Positions 8,001-17,492 of a stretch of DNA of 64,000 nucleotides are shown piece after piece. How positions within the stretch are numbered: position 1 is the stretch's first letter; every line of letters begins with the position of its first letter. Below the pieces are notes generated by a model. That model made no database searches and was not told the DNA's origin. It was given only the letters and a program-made list of their open reading frames with translations. The position numbers and the translations under genes are program-made. Where the stretch lies: assembly GCA_044070495.1 (NCBI GenBank), contig JBIPSI010000008.1, positions 32,001-96,000 of the forward strand. Reading direction: 5' to 3'. The DNA comes from Spirulina sp. GTDB taxonomy: Bacteria > Cyanobacteriota > Cyanobacteriia > Phormidesmidales > Phormidesmidaceae.

Positions 8001-10103
8001 TTAGATTCCTAGTCGTTCGTAGGTTTGTGGGCCAACGACACCATCAGCACCCAGGCTATATTTACGTTGAAAGTCTTCAACGGCTTTCTTCGTTCCGGGG
8101 CCAAAGACACCATCAACCATTACCGCAATTCCATCGGCTTTAAGGGCAGCTTGCACCTTGCTGACCCATTCTCCCTGCATGTTGGGCGTAGTCAATTTCA
8201 AAACAGGGCGACTTGCTACCGAAGCCTGAGGACTAAAGCCACCTTTGGCTAGGGCTAGACCTTTTTGAACAGCTTCCGTAAAGACATCAAGTCCGTGACT
8301 ACCTCCATTGACATACTTGCGGGCCTTGGCATAGTCCTTCATAGCAAGGGCAGCACGGATACCCATTTCCTTGCTCTTGAGGAAGAGAGCTAGTAAATCC
8401 GCTGCAATTTGAGGATCGTTAGCGAGTTCAGGATCGTCCACAAGACGATTTCCTAGACCCAGTTCAGCACTAAATTTCTGGTAGTTGTGCTTGCCCGTAA
8501 GTTGAACAAACCCCCGACCTTTGTATTTATCGCCATCTCCAACGGCACTATTTCCTAGGTCTGATCGAGTGTCATATAGCCCAAAGGGACGACCACCAGG
8601 GGCCGTATTGTATTGGGATTGATACTCGCTAATGGGAACAAAACTACCCGTTTCTGCGCGAATGGTTCCTAGGGCCATCAGCACCATATCAAGATCCCCT
8701 AAGCCCACTTTTTCCAGTGACCTTAGAACAGGTGGCAAATACTTTTCAAGATTGCCCCGTGGGACTCCTTGGAAAATTTGAGCAACGAGATCAACGGTAA
8801 AGATTCCGGTATCCACCGTCCTTTTAGGAGGCTGATAGGCATAACCCAAAGCTTTTAGCGTCATTGGGCCTGCAACCCCATCGGCGGTTAGGCCAGCTTG
8901 GTTTTGAAAAGCAATGACAGCGGCCTTCGTTTTGGGGCCAAAGTCGCCATCGGGCTGACAGAAAAGGAGTCCTTTGGCAACTAAAATTTTCTGTAACTCC
9001 AGGACTTCTAGGCTGGCCTGATCCTCTTTTAAGGTAACATTCGCAACAGGTTCAGGACTCGCTGGTGGTTCACTAGGAGGCTGATTTACAGGAACATCAG
9101 CAACTTTAGCTTCAGGCTTTTGGGCTTCTGGTGTGGGCGTAGAAACCGGATTTGAAGCACCCTCCGTCTGCATGAGTTTGGCTAGGGTGTCTGGGCCAAC
9201 AACGCCATCCGCGTTAAGGCCCATTTTTTCCTGGACTCGCTTTAAAGCTGCTTCGGTACCTGGGCCAAAGTCGCCATCGGCGGTAATGCTTTCTCCGTGC
9301 TTAATGAGAGCCTGCTGCAATTTCTGAACATCAGAACCCTGCAAAGAAGGCCGAGTGAGTTTCAGTGTCCGAGGATTATTATCCCAGGGCGCAATGGCAA
9401 AACCACTGACTGGAGATTGGTCTAGACGGCTGTGGGTTTGTCCACCCCATTGACCATCTTCTGCAATTTTGTCTCCCGGATTATTCTTGTTCCAAAGCTG
9501 TTGGAATGCTTTCACTGCCGTTGCGCGAATATCAATGCAGGGCTGACCAACATAGTCAAAATGCCAGGGATCATTGCCACCAAACCATTTCCAACCGTGG
9601 CGCTCTAAAACAGGTCGCCATACTTGATAGTCAGGCACATCTAAGGCGATTCCGCTTTGATGATTACTTTTTCCTGGCAATGCAACCACCGTTAAGCCGC
9701 AGCCTCCAATACCATTCCTACGATTGTAAAGAAAGAGCTGCTGGGCAATAGTTCGGTAGGCAGAAGTAATTCGTAAAGGTTGCCCCCGATCTGCGATTAC
9801 TTTCCGTAAGGACTCCTTAGCCGCAGGCTGTAGAAAAGGGAAAGCAGCCTGATCGAGTTGTACATTCAGATCATCGAAACTCACCATAATATTAGGGGAG
9901 ATGAGATTCATCTGATAGATAAGCTGTTGGGAAAGCCCATTGGCAATGGCGGAGGAACAGCCTGGTGCTTTACTCAACAAAACTGGTGTCAGAGATCGAG
10001 TGCGAATAATTTCCGAAGTCGCTTCAACCTGATTAATTTCAGCTTCAGACTCAAACTCAAACTCTTTCAAAAGAACTTCTGTGTCGATAGTTAGAGTTGT
10101 CAT
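8001..10103 (-). CDS. Multidomain peptidoglycan hydrolase: M15 (VanY-like) Zn peptidase + PG-binding domains + GH19 lysozyme/chitinase-like domain
   Basis: SAYRTIAQQ, PGKSNHQSGIALDV, DPWHFDY (M15); three or more DG(D/V)FGP-T PG_binding_1 motifs; AETG, YKGRGFVQLTGKHNY, VNGGSHGL (GH19); ATG at 10103 after GGAG. Confidence 0.88.
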   Translation of the reverse strand: MTTLTIDTEVLLKEFEFESEAEINQVEATSEIIRTRSLTPVLLSKAPGCSSAIANGLSQQLIYQMNLISPNIMVSFDDLNVQLDQAAFPFLQPAAKESLRKVIADRGQPLRITSAYRTIAQQLFLYNRRNGIGGCGLTVVALPGKSNHQSGIALDVPDYQVWRPVLERHGWKWFGGNDPWHFDYVGQPCIDIRATAVKAFQQLWNKNNPGDKIAEDGQWGGQTHSRLDQSPVSGFAIAPWDNNPRTLKLTRPSLQGSDVQKLQQALIKHGESITADGDFGPGTEAALKRVQEKMGLNADGVVGPDTLAKLMQTEGASNPVSTPTPEAQKPEAKVADVPVNQPPSEPPASPEPVANVTLKEDQASLEVLELQKILVAKGLLFCQPDGDFGPKTKAAVIAFQNQAGLTADGVAGPMTLKALGYAYQPPKRTVDTGIFTVDLVAQIFQGVPRGNLEKYLPPVLRSLEKVGLGDLDMVLMALGTIRAETGSFVPISEYQSQYNTAPGGRPFGLYDTRSDLGNSAVGDGDKYKGRGFVQLTGKHNYQKFSAELGLGNRLVDDPELANDPQIAADLLALFLKSKEMGIRAALAMKDYAKARKYVNGGSHGLDVFTEAVQKGLALAKGGFSPQASVASRPVLKLTTPNMQGEWVSKVQAALKADGIAVMVDGVFGPGTKKAVEDFQRKYSLGADGVVGPQTYERLGI

Positions 10104-10737
10104 AATCACTCCAAAAAGTGAGCAGTGCACACTGAAGCTTCCTTAAAACAAAACACGTTCTAAGAAAGGTCATTTATAGGATTAGTAAGCTGACCAAAAG
10201 GGCCGAATCTCAATTACATCAAGCGAATCACTGAGGGGCGAAGTGAAGCTTGAGGCAATTAACAAGGCTTATCCTGCCTCTGCATTAGCCATGGCCTATG
10301 CGAAACAGAGCTACTGATACTTATCATTCGGCAGAACGTAACGACCAAGAAAGCGATACTGCCATTCCAACCTCAACTACCATATTGCGCTTAAGAAGCT
10401 CACATATAGGAAAAGTGACAATATTCTTTATATGTCGAACTGAATTAACAAATCGCCTAAGTTCAACGATCTCTGTTCAGCCAATATCCTGAGCCTGATC
10501 CATAGTCGCAATGTGATACGGACGGAGCGTAGGCTGTCATTCCATCCTAGGCAGAATCTGAGCAGCGTAGCCCCGCTTTAGCTATCTGTTCCCTTGCTTG
10601 ATCCTTCCTTGAAGTACGTCTTCTCTCCGTAGAAATAGTGATAAACTGATCCTCGAAAAATAAAGAAAATCTTAATTGAAACGCCACACCTTGGGATGGG
10701 GCCTAGGGCAAATCTGGCTAACAACTGCATTCGGTGG

Positions 10738-12075
10738 ATGGAGCAAGTGACAACAAACGAGTCTCACATTACGGCACTCCTCGATGGCTTCGGTCGCTTT
10801 GGGGTGGATTTGGGCCTAGAGCGCATCGAGGTGCTGCTGGGTGCCCTGGGCCATCCCCAAAAACGGGTACCGATTCTCCATGTGGCCGGGAGCAACGGCA
10901 AGGGTTCCGTCTGTGCCTACCTGTCCTCGGTGCTGGGGGCGGCGGGTTACCGAGTTGGGCGCTATACCTCGCCCCATTTAGTGAGTTGGCGGGAGCGCAT
11001 TTGCATTAACGATCAGCTTATTGAGGCCGCTGATCTGCGTCGTGTCCTGGATCGGGTGATTGCCGCCATAGATCCGGCCCAGCCCTCGCCTACCCAGTTT
11101 GAGGTGTTTACGGCGGCAGCTTGGCTGTATTTTGCCGAATCCGAGGTGGATGTGGCGGTGATTGAGGTGGGCCTGGGCGGACGGCTGGATGCCACCAACG
11201 TGGTTGAAGCGCCCCTGGTGAGCGTGATCACCTCCCTCAGTCGGGAACATTGGCAGCGCCTTGGCCCTACCCTGGCAGACATTGCGCGGGAAAAGGCGGG
11301 CATCCTCAAACCCGGTCGGCCTGCGGTGGTTGGCCCCCTGCCCCCAGAGGCGGAGGCGGTGGTGAAGGCGCGGTTGGCGGAGTTGGCTTGTCCGACGGTG
11401 TGGCCCGCCCCAGCCCAGCCCGTGGGTGACAATCAGGCCCGCTACGAGACTGCTCAGGACGGCTTAACCTATCCGCTACCTTTTCCGGGGGAACACCAGC
11501 TCACCAATTCGGCCCTGGCGGTGGAGGCTCTGCTGGAACTGCGGCGGCAGGGATGGGAGATTTCTGATGCGGCGATTGTGCAGGGCATGGGGTCGGCCCG
11601 GTGGCCCGGTCGGTTGCAGTGGACAACCTGGCAGGATGACGCTGGCCAGTCTCACCCATTGCTGATTGACGGTGCCCACAATCCCGCTGCGGCTGAGGTG
11701 TTGCGCCGTTATGTGGATACTCAGTTAACCAAGGCTGATGAGTTACGCCCAGCAATGCCCTCAACGCCCGATCAGAGTGTGGCCTGGTTGATGGGAATGC
11801 TGACGACGAAGGATCATCGCGAGGTGTTTGAAGCCCTGCTGCGACCAGGGGACAGGCTGTACTTGGTGCCTGTGCCGGAACACCTGTCAGCGGATCCCTC
11901 AGACCTAGCAGCTCTTGCCAAATCCATCTGCCCCGCTCTGTCCTACTGTGGAACCTACGCCGATCTGCACCATGGTCTAACGGCCTTGGTAACGGAGGCC
12001 GCATCGCTCAAGGTCTTCTGTGGGTCGCTGTACCTGATTGGCCATTTCTTCGCCACGGAATCCCAGGCTGAGTAG
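10738..12075 (+). CDS. folC: Folylpolyglutamate synthase/dihydrofolate synthase
   Basis: HVAGSNGKGS, YTSPHL, EVGLGGRLDATN, WPGRLQ, DGAHN, GSLYLIG; start uncertain (10696-10747). Confidence 0.95.
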   Translation: MEQVTTNESHITALLDGFGRFGVDLGLERIEVLLGALGHPQKRVPILHVAGSNGKGSVCAYLSSVLGAAGYRVGRYTSPHLVSWRERICINDQLIEAADLRRVLDRVIAAIDPAQPSPTQFEVFTAAAWLYFAESEVDVAVIEVGLGGRLDATNVVEAPLVSVITSLSREHWQRLGPTLADIAREKAGILKPGRPAVVGPLPPEAEAVVKARLAELACPTVWPAPAQPVGDNQARYETAQDGLTYPLPFPGEHQLTNSALAVEALLELRRQGWEISDAAIVQGMGSARWPGRLQWTTWQDDAGQSHPLLIDGAHNPAAAEVLRRYVDTQLTKADELRPAMPSTPDQSVAWLMGMLTTKDHREVFEALLRPGDRLYLVPVPEHLSADPSDLAALAKSICPALSYCGTYADLHHGLTALVTEAASLKVFCGSLYLIGHFFATESQAE

Positions 12076-12143
12076 CGTGACCTGAGTTCGGGATAAGCCA
12101 AACGCTGCAATCTTGAGAAACCTGCTTCCAGCTTGCACCTCAG

Positions 12144-12410
12144 CCCTCACCCTAAATCCCTCTCCCGTGAGGAGAGGGACTTTGAACCTTCTAGCTCCCC
12201 TCTCCTCCCTGGGCTACTAAGTACACACATCTTGCTTTCATGCCGCAAGTCCTTGGAGATCCCCCTAAATCCCCCTTTTTAAGGGGGACTTTGACTCCGG
12301 CTCCCCCCCTTTTTAAGGGGGGCTCGGGGGCATCGATTCCCTGTATCGTCTACGTTAAGGACTTATGCGTACTTAGTAGCCTCCCTGGGAGAGGGGCTGG
12401 GGGTGAGGGC
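12144..12410 (+). repeat. REP-like double-hairpin repeat type A (CCCTCACCCTAAATCCCTCTCCC...GGGAGAGGGGCTGGGGGTGAGGG), interrupted by a MITE
   Basis: Same repeat at 23230-23498 (inverted) and 51220-51367. Confidence 0.8.
12214..12379 (+). mobile_element. MITE family 1 (166 bp), TIR CTACTAAGTAC, 10-bp target duplication CCTCCCTGGG
   Basis: ctactaagtacaca...tgcgtacttagtag; direct repeats at 12204-12213 and 12380-12389; near-identical copy at 23262-23426. Confidence 0.85.
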
Positions 12411-12415
12411 CAATT

Positions 12416-13711
12416 TTACCGGGCATCCCATTCAGCGGCGGCATCGGTGATGGCTTGGTCTACGGTTTTTTGGCCCAGCATGGCGGCTTGTAGGTTGTCG
12501 TAGAGGATGGCTTGTAGTTCCTTGATGCCGTCCATGGCGGGGATGAGGACTTCGGCTTGGCCCATTTGTCCGGCGCTGACGGAGCGGGCCTGTTCTACCC
12601 CTGGGGCGGCGCTGTCGTTGACCTGGAAGTACTCGTCTTGCAGGGCGGCGGCAGTGGAGGGTAGCACGTTAGCGGCCTTGGCAAAGGTGAGTTGGTTGGC
12701 ATCGTTGGTTAAATACAGGGCAAAGTCTAGGGCGGCATCGGGCACGTCGCTGCTGGCGGGGATGACCAGATTCATCACGGCCACGTTCTTTTTGCCCGTA
12801 TCGCCGCTAATTTGGGGGGCGCTGCTGGTGACGGCGGCAATGTCGGGGGCGTTGGTTTCGATGGTGGGGAAGAATTCGGCCCCGGTGGACAGCAGCGCTA
12901 CTTCCCCCGCCTGGAACAGTTCGATGGCGCGACGGTGGCCCTGGGTTAGCACTTCCCTAGGCAGCAGGTCATTGGTGTACAAATCCGTCCAGTATTGGAA
13001 AACGGCCTTGCCTTCGGGAGTGTTAAACGCCGCCTTGCCCTGGTCATCGACCAAATCCACCCCCATCTGCACGAAGGATTGCAGCACATCGGCGGAATCC
13101 TCTGGCACAAAGGTGGTGAAGTAGGCGTATTTTCCGGTTTTATCCTTCACCGCCTGGGCCACGGTGGCCAGTTCCTCGTAGGTGGTGGGAGGCTCTACCC
13201 CGGCTTGCTCTAGCAGGGTTTGGTTGTAAAGGGTGACGTTGGTGGTCAGGTACCAGGGAATGCCAAAGCTCTGGCCGTTGAGGGTGTTGGCCTGCCAAAT
13301 GTTGGGCAAATACACCGCCCGATCCGCCTCGCTGACCTTGTCATCCAGGGGCAACCAGGCATTGCGGCTGGCCAGTTGGGCGGCAAAGTCGGGGTTGAGG
13401 TTCACCACATCCGGGGCGGTGCCAGCGGTGACGGCGGTGAGGATTTTGCTCTGCATATCGGCCCAGGGCACATCCACCCAGCGCACGGTCACACCGGGAT
13501 TTTCCGCCTCGTACTGGGCAATTAGCCCATTGAAATAATCGGTGAAATCCGGCTGAAGCTGCATCGTCCAGAACTCGACCTCTTGGCCCCCCGCTGCCCC
13601 GGTGCCTGACCCCGACCCGCTGGGCTGCCCACCGCCACAGGCGACGAGCCAACTGAGCAGCAAACCCGTGAGGGCAAGAAGGGTGTAGCGAAGCCAGGAA
13701 CGTCGTTTCAT
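12416..13711 (-). CDS. ABC transporter sugar-type substrate-binding lipoprotein
   Basis: Lipobox LVAC, VEFWTMQL, APDVVNLN, GIPWYLT; SBP family 1 pattern. Confidence 0.9.
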   Translation of the reverse strand: MKRRSWLRYTLLALTGLLLSWLVACGGGQPSGSGSGTGAAGGQEVEFWTMQLQPDFTDYFNGLIAQYEAENPGVTVRWVDVPWADMQSKILTAVTAGTAPDVVNLNPDFAAQLASRNAWLPLDDKVSEADRAVYLPNIWQANTLNGQSFGIPWYLTTNVTLYNQTLLEQAGVEPPTTYEELATVAQAVKDKTGKYAYFTTFVPEDSADVLQSFVQMGVDLVDDQGKAAFNTPEGKAVFQYWTDLYTNDLLPREVLTQGHRRAIELFQAGEVALLSTGAEFFPTIETNAPDIAAVTSSAPQISGDTGKKNVAVMNLVIPASSDVPDAALDFALYLTNDANQLTFAKAANVLPSTAAALQDEYFQVNDSAAPGVEQARSVSAGQMGQAEVLIPAMDGIKELQAILYDNLQAAMLGQKTVDQAITDAAAEWDAR

Positions 13712-13860
13712 GGGGGTTGGGGATTAGGAAGTGGGGATTAGGGGTTATGGCAACACATCAAAGCCCTGTCTGGCGAGGGCTAGGCTGCGATAACCTATCC
13801 TACCGCTAGACTGGAATCACCAAAAACTAGAATCACCAACGACAAAAATCACCCCAAAAA

Positions 13861-14454
13861 TCACCAACGGCGCGGTTGAAAGGTGGCATCGTTGAGGATG
13901 ACAACGCTCTCCCCCGATTGCGCTATCACAAACAGCCCTTGGCGGTAGGCGTAGCGGGCTACATCATCGGGCACCACCATTCCGGCCACGGCACCCATGG
14001 CGCGGACATCGCCATAGCGAGGCATCAGTCGCTTAAATTTACTCAGCCGTTCCAAATGCTCGTCCACATCGGTCTGGGTGAGTTTGCTTTTCGCTGCCAC
14101 CAAAATGGCCTCAGTGGAGTTCATGACCAGCAGGTCAATGTCAATGCCTTCATCCCCCCGTCGAGCCGAGGCTTCAGGATAAAACTCGTGAATGGTAATT
14201 CCAAAAGGCTGAAATAGGCTCGCGATCACAGGCTTTACCTGCCACTGCACAAATTCACCGACACAGTTGCCCCACTTGTCCAGTGACTCATTTAGCGGCT
14301 GGTTTTGTGGCTGCAACAGGTATGCCGTTGCCCGAAATCGCTGATCAGTTTCCTGGAATTGTCGTTCGATTTCCTGGAATCGCCGCTCGGTTTCCTTTTG
14401 GGCCTCTGCCAGTTCGCCCAAAATTCGCCAGACTTCTTCGGATGTGGTTGCCAT
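13861..14454 (-). CDS. DUF3782-like coiled-coil + PD-(D/E)xK-fold protein (paralog 1)
   Basis: QKETERRFQE repeats, IDIDLL...VAAKS, RYAYRQGLFV; paralog at 40903-41454. Confidence 0.75.
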   Translation of the reverse strand: MATTSEEVWRILGELAEAQKETERRFQEIERQFQETDQRFRATAYLLQPQNQPLNESLDKWGNCVGEFVQWQVKPVIASLFQPFGITIHEFYPEASARRGDEGIDIDLLVMNSTEAILVAAKSKLTQTDVDEHLERLSKFKRLMPRYGDVRAMGAVAGMVVPDDVARYAYRQGLFVIAQSGESVVILNDATFQPRRW

Positions 14455-14533
14455 CGTCGTTAAATCCTGCCAAACGCTAGGGCGCTTAACTCTATGGTAG
14501 CTGACCGATCTAGGGCTACCGTGTCATCTGGGG

Positions 14534-14666
14534 GATCCCCCTAAATCCCCCTTACAAAGGGGGACTTTGAACCCTGTATAAAGGAAGGCTTTGAGTCCAG
14601 TTCCTCCCTTGCTAAGGGAGACTTTGAGTCCAGTTCCCCCCTTCCTAAGGGGGGCTAGGGGGGATC
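14534..14666 (+). repeat. REP-like hairpin repeat type B (GATCCCCCTAAATCCCCCTT...AAGGGGGGCTAGGGGGGATC) with internal duplication
   Basis: Several CCCCCTT-n-AAGGGGG stems; same unit forms the core of MITE family 1. Confidence 0.8.
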
Positions 14667-14729
14667 CAGCTTCAGATCAAGGGCCTTGGGGGCGAGAAGA
14701 CCTCTCCCCTACGGTAGCGGGTTGTTTTC

Positions 14730-15929
14730 TTACAGGATCACCTTGACCCGTTGGGCGCAGGCAATGGCGCGTTCCTTGGCCTGTTCCACGGTGTCGCCCA
14801 GGGCGAGGGCTACGCCGAGGCGGCGGTTGGGGGTGGCGTTGGGCTTGCCGAAGAGGCGGGCTTTGCTGGTGGGGATTTGCAGCGCAGCTTCCAAGCCTTC
14901 GTAGTGGGGGCCGTCGCTTTTGCCGGGGGAGAGGATCACCGCCGAGGCTCCGGGCTGGATTTGGGTGATTTCGCCGATGGGCAGGCCCAGAATGGCGCGG
15001 ACGTGGAGTTCAAATTCTGACTGGTGCTGGCTGACCAGGGTGACCATACCCGTGTCGTGGGGGCGGGGGCTGACCTCGCTGAAGTAGACGGTTTGGGCTT
15101 GGTCGGGGTCTCCAGCAATGAACAGTTCCACCCCAAACAGGCCCCAGCCACCTAGGGCATCGGTAATTTGGCGAGCGATATCCTGACAGGCGGCCAGGGT
15201 GTCGGGGTGGAGGGGGCAGGGCTGCCAAGATTCCCGATAGTCGCCGGATGCTTGGCGGTGGCCGATGGGCGGGCAGAAGTGGGTGCCGTCAATAGCCCGC
15301 ACCGTCAGCAGGGTAATTTCGGTGTCGAAGGGGATAAAGCCCTCCACAATCACCCGGTCGCTTTTGCCCCGTCCGGCGTCGTGGGCATAGGCCCAGGCGG
15401 CTTTGACTTCAGCTTCAGACCGCACGGTGCTTTGGCCCTTGCCGGAGGAACTCATGATTGGCTTCACCACGCAGGGCAGGCCCACCGCATCCACGGCGGC
15501 GAGATACTCGGCTTCGGTGGCGGCAAAGCGGTAGGGGGAGGTTTTTAGGCCCAGTTCCTCGGCGGCTAGGCGGCGAATGCCCTCGCGGTTCATGGTCAGT
15601 TGGGTGGCGCGGGCGGTGGGGATGACGCGCCAGCCCTCGGCCTCTAGGGCGACCAGGGTATCGGTGGCGATGGCTTCTACTTCCGGCACAATCAGGCTGG
15701 GCTGTTCTTGGGTAATCACCCGCCGCAGGGCCAAGCCATCCAGCATGTCGATCACATGGCGACGGTGGGCTAGGGCCATGGCGGGGGCATGATCGTAGCG
15801 ATCCACCGCAATCACCTCTAGGCCAAGGCGTATGGCCTCTAGGGCCACCTCGCGGCCCAGTTCGCCCGACCCCAGTAACAGTAAACGCTGGGCCGATTCA
15901 GTCAGGGGGGTACCAAGGGAGAGGGTCAT
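14730..15929 (-). CDS. purT: Formate-dependent phosphoribosylglycinamide formyltransferase
   Basis: [41 protein letters not shown]; start set at MTLSLG. Confidence 0.96.
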   Translation of the reverse strand: MTLSLGTPLTESAQRLLLLGSGELGREVALEAIRLGLEVIAVDRYDHAPAMALAHRRHVIDMLDGLALRRVITQEQPSLIVPEVEAIATDTLVALEAEGWRVIPTARATQLTMNREGIRRLAAEELGLKTSPYRFAATEAEYLAAVDAVGLPCVVKPIMSSSGKGQSTVRSEAEVKAAWAYAHDAGRGKSDRVIVEGFIPFDTEITLLTVRAIDGTHFCPPIGHRQASGDYRESWQPCPLHPDTLAACQDIARQITDALGGWGLFGVELFIAGDPDQAQTVYFSEVSPRPHDTGMVTLVSQHQSEFELHVRAILGLPIGEITQIQPGASAVILSPGKSDGPHYEGLEAALQIPTSKARLFGKPNATPNRRLGVALALGDTVEQAKERAIACAQRVKVIL

Positions 15930-16383
15930 AGGGGCAACCGTGGGATAAACGATCATGTTTCTCAATATTAAGTGCTCAGTTTTCGGAAATCTCGCTAACA
16001 TCGCGAGTAGAGGCCAACCATCCCTAACCAACGCTGGTTGAGCCGGAGCACCGCGCAGCGTTATCCACCAGGACGCATCCCCCTTTCGTTCCCACCGAGA
16101 TTTGTTCTCACCGAGGACGATGGTTTCCCTTGAGACTCACCCCTTGAGCCTCAATATCATCCCGTTGAAGCTCTCTCCCCGTGCCCTTTTCAACAAAAGT
16201 GGAAATTCTCAAACAAATTGTGTACCATTCGTTAGCACATTTGGGGCAGGGGCCTTCTACACCCTTTCTCAATCGCTGGAAATCCTTATTTTTCAAGGGT
16301 TTTAGGAGATTGAGCTAAGACCTGTAAAGGCGCTGCTGCGATGGGTCGGGCTGCTGTTCATTTACCCCTTTGCGGATACTGCC

Positions 16384-17490
16384 GTGGATAGTTTAAAAGC
16401 TCTTTTTAATCGCAAACCTCGGGGTGTGGGCATCGAACTAACCCCGGATCGAGTCACCCTGGCCCAGATTAAGAAGCAGGGCACTAGTTATAAGCTCGCC
16501 GCCCTAGAGTCGGTGGAGTTGCCGGAGGGCGTCTACGAGGAAGGCCAAATTATTGATACAGCGGCCATGGCCGATGCCATCCAAGCCCTGCTCACCCAGA
16601 GCAAGGTGAAGGTGAAGCGGGCCACCACCGCCATTCCCGGTCGGGCCATTGCCAAGATTATCCCGGTTCCCGCCGAGCTAGATGATGATGAACTGCGGGA
16701 GATGGTGCTCAACCAGGAGGCCAGTCTTTACCTGCCCTTCCCCCGCGAAGAGGCCGATGTGGACTACCAAAAGCTGGGCTACTTCGTGGATGAGGACGGC
16801 ATTGAAAAGGTGAAGGTGCTGCTGGTGGGGGTACGCAAAGACCTTACGGATCCCTATGTGGATGTGTTTGCCCAGGCAGGGCTAGGGCTAAATGTATTAG
16901 AAACCTCCAGTTTCGCCCTCATTCGCACCATTCGCGAGCAGTTGCGCCAGTTTACACCCCAGGAGGCCGCTGCGGTGGTGGATATTGAGTTTGAAAGCAC
17001 CGAAATTTCTATTGTGGTGGATGGGGTGCCCCACTTTTCCCGCACCGTGCCCACCGGGACGTTTCAAATCCAAAGCGCCCTCAGCCGCGCCATGAACCTG
17101 CCCCCCTCCCGCAATACGGATTTGCTCCAGGGCATGACGGTGCCCGTGCAGAGTATGGATACCGTGGGGGCGGTGCAGATGGGCGGCGGCACCAACCCCG
17201 GCACCACGGCCATGCTGCGGGTGTTGGGCGAGCTTTCGGACGAACTGCGCCGATCTATCGACTTTTACCTCAACCAGGAGGAAGACATGGAGGTGGCCCA
17301 GTTGTTGCTGGCGGGGCCAGGGGCCTCCATTGGCCAACTCGATGAGTTCTTGGCCCAGCGGTTGAGCATTCCTACCAGCCAGATCGACCCGATTTCGGCC
17401 CTCTCCCTAGAGGTGACCGAGGAGATTCCTGAGAGTCAGCGGGCGGGCTTGGCCACGGTGATTGGGTTGGGCCTACGGGAGGTGATGTAG
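16384..17490 (+). CDS. pilM: Type IV pilus assembly protein PilM
   Basis: GVGIEL, LYLPFPREEADVDYQ, ELRRSIDFY, GLGLREV; first gene of pilMNOQ. Confidence 0.95.
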   Translation: MDSLKALFNRKPRGVGIELTPDRVTLAQIKKQGTSYKLAALESVELPEGVYEEGQIIDTAAMADAIQALLTQSKVKVKRATTAIPGRAIAKIIPVPAELDDDELREMVLNQEASLYLPFPREEADVDYQKLGYFVDEDGIEKVKVLLVGVRKDLTDPYVDVFAQAGLGLNVLETSSFALIRTIREQLRQFTPQEAAAVVDIEFESTEISIVVDGVPHFSRTVPTGTFQIQSALSRAMNLPPSRNTDLLQGMTVPVQSMDTVGAVQMGGGTNPGTTAMLRVLGELSDELRRSIDFYLNQEEDMEVAQLLLAGPGASIGQLDEFLAQRLSIPTSQIDPISALSLEVTEEIPESQRAGLATVIGLGLREVM

Positions 17491-17492
17491 CC

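Noticed and set aside
10130..10700. Short ORF 10298-10492 or an RNA element upstream of the conflict operon
   Set aside because: No recognisable motif, RBS or convincing structure; treated as promoter region.
12079..12097. Possible lone terminal repeat ACCTGAGTTCGGGATAA before the type A repeat
   Set aside because: No matching inverted partner or target duplication found in the window.
12240..12503. ORFs MPQVLGDPPKSP... (also 23158-23400)
   Set aside because: Incidental frames across the MITE/REP repeats, not transposases.
13811..13868. Repeated AATCACC units at the end of the DUF3782-like gene
   Set aside because: Short and degenerate; no supportable function.
12144..14666. Palindromic repeats as a possible CRISPR array
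   Set aside because: No regularly spaced identical repeats with unique spacers and no cas genes; these are dispersed hairpin repeats.
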